From contig NC_135761.1 of NCBI RefSeq assembly GCF_052425735.1, forward strand, positions 33,046,001 through 33,110,000: 64,000 nucleotides of DNA, written 5' to 3'. The position numbers and the translations under genes were made by a program. Shown here one piece after another: positions 61,721-64,000 of this stretch. Source of the DNA: Oculina patagonica. Taxonomy: Eukaryota. Position 1 is the first letter of the stretch; every line of letters begins with the position of its first letter. The notes below the pieces were generated by a model. That model saw nothing but the letters and a program-made list of their open reading frames with translations, did not search any database and was not told the DNA's origin.

Positions 61721-62725
61721 AGTATTTCATACTCGATTCGATTCTGTAATGTTCATGTCGCTATTGGGGGTCACTCCGTGTAAAACCTTCTAGTTTTCTC
61801 GTTGTTTCGATTAAGTTTTCTGTTCGGTGTGAGTTTTCGTATGCGTTTTTCTCTTGTTAAGGTTTTTATCCGCCACTAACAACGTGCTTACACGACGGAA
61901 AGCGAAATTGGCTGCCGCACAAAAACGTGCCAGTACAAAAGATTCTACTAAGTATTGTGACGGAACTTGCGGAAAACCTGTTTCGCAGAAATCGGCTAAG
62001 GCCATTCACATTTCCGGTTTCGCCTGCCGCGAGTCTTAAACAATTATCTCGAGATCTTTTTTTTAAGTTTCTTGTAAATCTCGTCCGGAGATAAACTGAT
62101 CAAGGCTTTTCTCCGTTCAAGTAGTTTGCGCTTGGTAAATCGCGGTTTTGGACTAAGGCTTGCTTATCGTAAATCGCAGACAAATTTGAAGATATGGCTT
62201 GATATGTTCGTACGTGTTCCTAGACATATTTCTTCTTCGGCCACTCAGATGTAAAAAAATGTGGATTTTCTTACTTCTCTGCGAGTTACTTAGTTAATTA
62301 TCGCGAAGTCTTTTCAACAATTGCATTGCTTCCGGCTTTTAGACATTGTGAAATGAATAGGCCTCGAGTAAAACTCAAATTATCTTTTTCAAAATTCTGC
62401 CCAACTGCAATCAACGTTTACAAGCGTCGTTTGTTTGCTTGTTGTCATCCGTGCACGTGCTCATGCTTGGACTGTCATCATTACCCAATCATCGTTTACT
62501 TGCGTCATCATTGACCAATCACCGTATGTCGGCATTTTACAACTCCCGATACCTACTTGCGGGCTTTCAGCTTGTCGGCATTTTAAACTCCCGAGACTAT
62601 TTGCGGGCAAAAAATGATCAAATCGAGATTTTTCCCGGTATATACTATATATATACTCTATATTCGCGCGGATTACAATGATGCCTCCTCGGGTTTTGGC
62701 CTCTGGGCCAAAACCCTGCGGGGGC

Positions 62726-63377
62726 AATAAACATTCATTAGTGATCATCTCACGGTCCCTTGCCATAAGAATCATTTCACCATGAGAATAATTAAATTGT
62801 GAGCTCCAAACAAACATATCAATAAACACTCATTAGTGATCATCTTATGGTCCCTTGCCATAAGAATCATTTCACCATGAGAATAATTAAATTGTGAGCT
62901 CCAAACAAACATATCAATAAACACTCATTAGTGATCATCTTATGGTCCCTTGCCATAAGAATCATTTCACCATGAGAACAATCAAATTGTGAGCTCCAAA
63001 CAAACATATCAATAAACACTCATTAGTGATCGTCTTACGGTCCCTTGCCATAAGAATCATTTCACCATGAGAACAATCAAATTCTGAGCTCCAAACAAAC
63101 ATATCAATAAACACTCATTAGTGATCATCTTACGGTCCCTTGCCATAAGAATCATTTCACCATGAGAACAATCAAATTCTGAGCTCCAAACAAACATATC
63201 GATAAACACTCATTAGTGATCATCTTACGGTCCCTTGCCATAAGAATCATTTCACCATGAGAACAATCAAATTCTGAGCTCCAAACAAACATATCAATAA
63301 CCACTCATTAGTGATCGTCTTACGGTCCCTTGCCATAAGAATCATTTCACCATGAGAACAATCAAATTCTGAGCTCC
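62726..63377. repeat. Tandem array of a 95-bp unit, ~6.9 copies
   Basis: Units start at 62726, 62821, 62916, 63011, 63106, 63201, 63296. Confidence 0.97.
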
Positions 63378-64000
63378 GAGAAAGAAGACCTGCCGGGACT
63401 TGTGGCATCTGAAATGCCCCACTAAGGCATTGCTAAAACCTTCTTCCCTGGAAATACGTATCCAGCACCAAAAGCGTTCCACTTTTCCCTTGTAGCCAAT
63501 GTAATCTACATTTGAGGTCCTCGCGCGAACGTTCTCGTCGAGCAATTCCGTCCATAAAATTCAACACTGGAGGACGAAAGCTCACACGTTTACAATTTAA
63601 CCGAGAAAAGCAATGGTATACACATTTGTAGTTACAATTAATCTAAGGAGCTCAAGTCTGCAGTCAATACTACAGATAGTGTTGAAGTTTCCGATGAAAA
63701 CTCGACGAAAGACACAGGCATATTCCCGGAGACGATGCACTTAAGCAATGACAATTTATTCATAATCTGTGCCACTTATATCCTATATCGATAATTTCTG
63801 CAGTACGAATAGTTTGTTAATACAGGAACCACAAAAGGAAACACAGACAATTATTGAGAAACACAACTTTCATGTTCAAGGACCGTCCAATTTTAGATCG
63901 AACTCAGAAATAAATAAGCCCATAAAGACTGACCAGGATTTTACTTTCGTTACGCCACAAATATTGCAACTAACTTTTGAAACTATAGAATCGCAACCAC

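Noticed and set aside
62726-63377. CRISPR array
   Set aside because: Head-to-tail 95-bp units with no unique spacers, no cas genes, eukaryotic context

Overview
AT-rich eukaryotic (metazoan) DNA with spliced genes. It is probably cnidarian/scleractinian coral, which I infer from the repeat families only. The window is mostly a transposon graveyard. (1) 0.4-5 kb: LINE and Penelope remnants, including an internally deleted L1/Tx1. (2) 5.7-21.9 kb: a nested stack of elements. A TA-flanked pogo/mariner-type MITE contains a TTAA-flanked Kolobok-like element and a 13.1-kb IS3EU-like element (123-bp TIRs, 6-bp TSD). The latter carries a 5-exon zinc-ribbon gene whose last exon is split by an intact, recent BEL/Pao LTR retrotransposon. 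(3) 22-38 kb and 39.5-54 kb: patchworks of short decayed TE-gene fragments (Gypsy gag, three RecQ-type helicases, L2, RTE, two Tc1, HUH-Rep, KDZ/HMGXB3-like, MULE), mostly on the + strand. (4) 37.9-38.4 kb: a minimal type I hammerhead ribozyme inside a 70-bp perfect inverted repeat. (5) From 38981: the only host-like gene, a short DM-domain (Dmrt/doublesex family) gene. All zinc ligands are intact but key DNA-contacting residues are replaced. (6) 55-64 kb: MITEs, Penelope and CR1-group remnants and a 95-bp tandem array. Family assignments come from motif recognition by eye; no database search was run.
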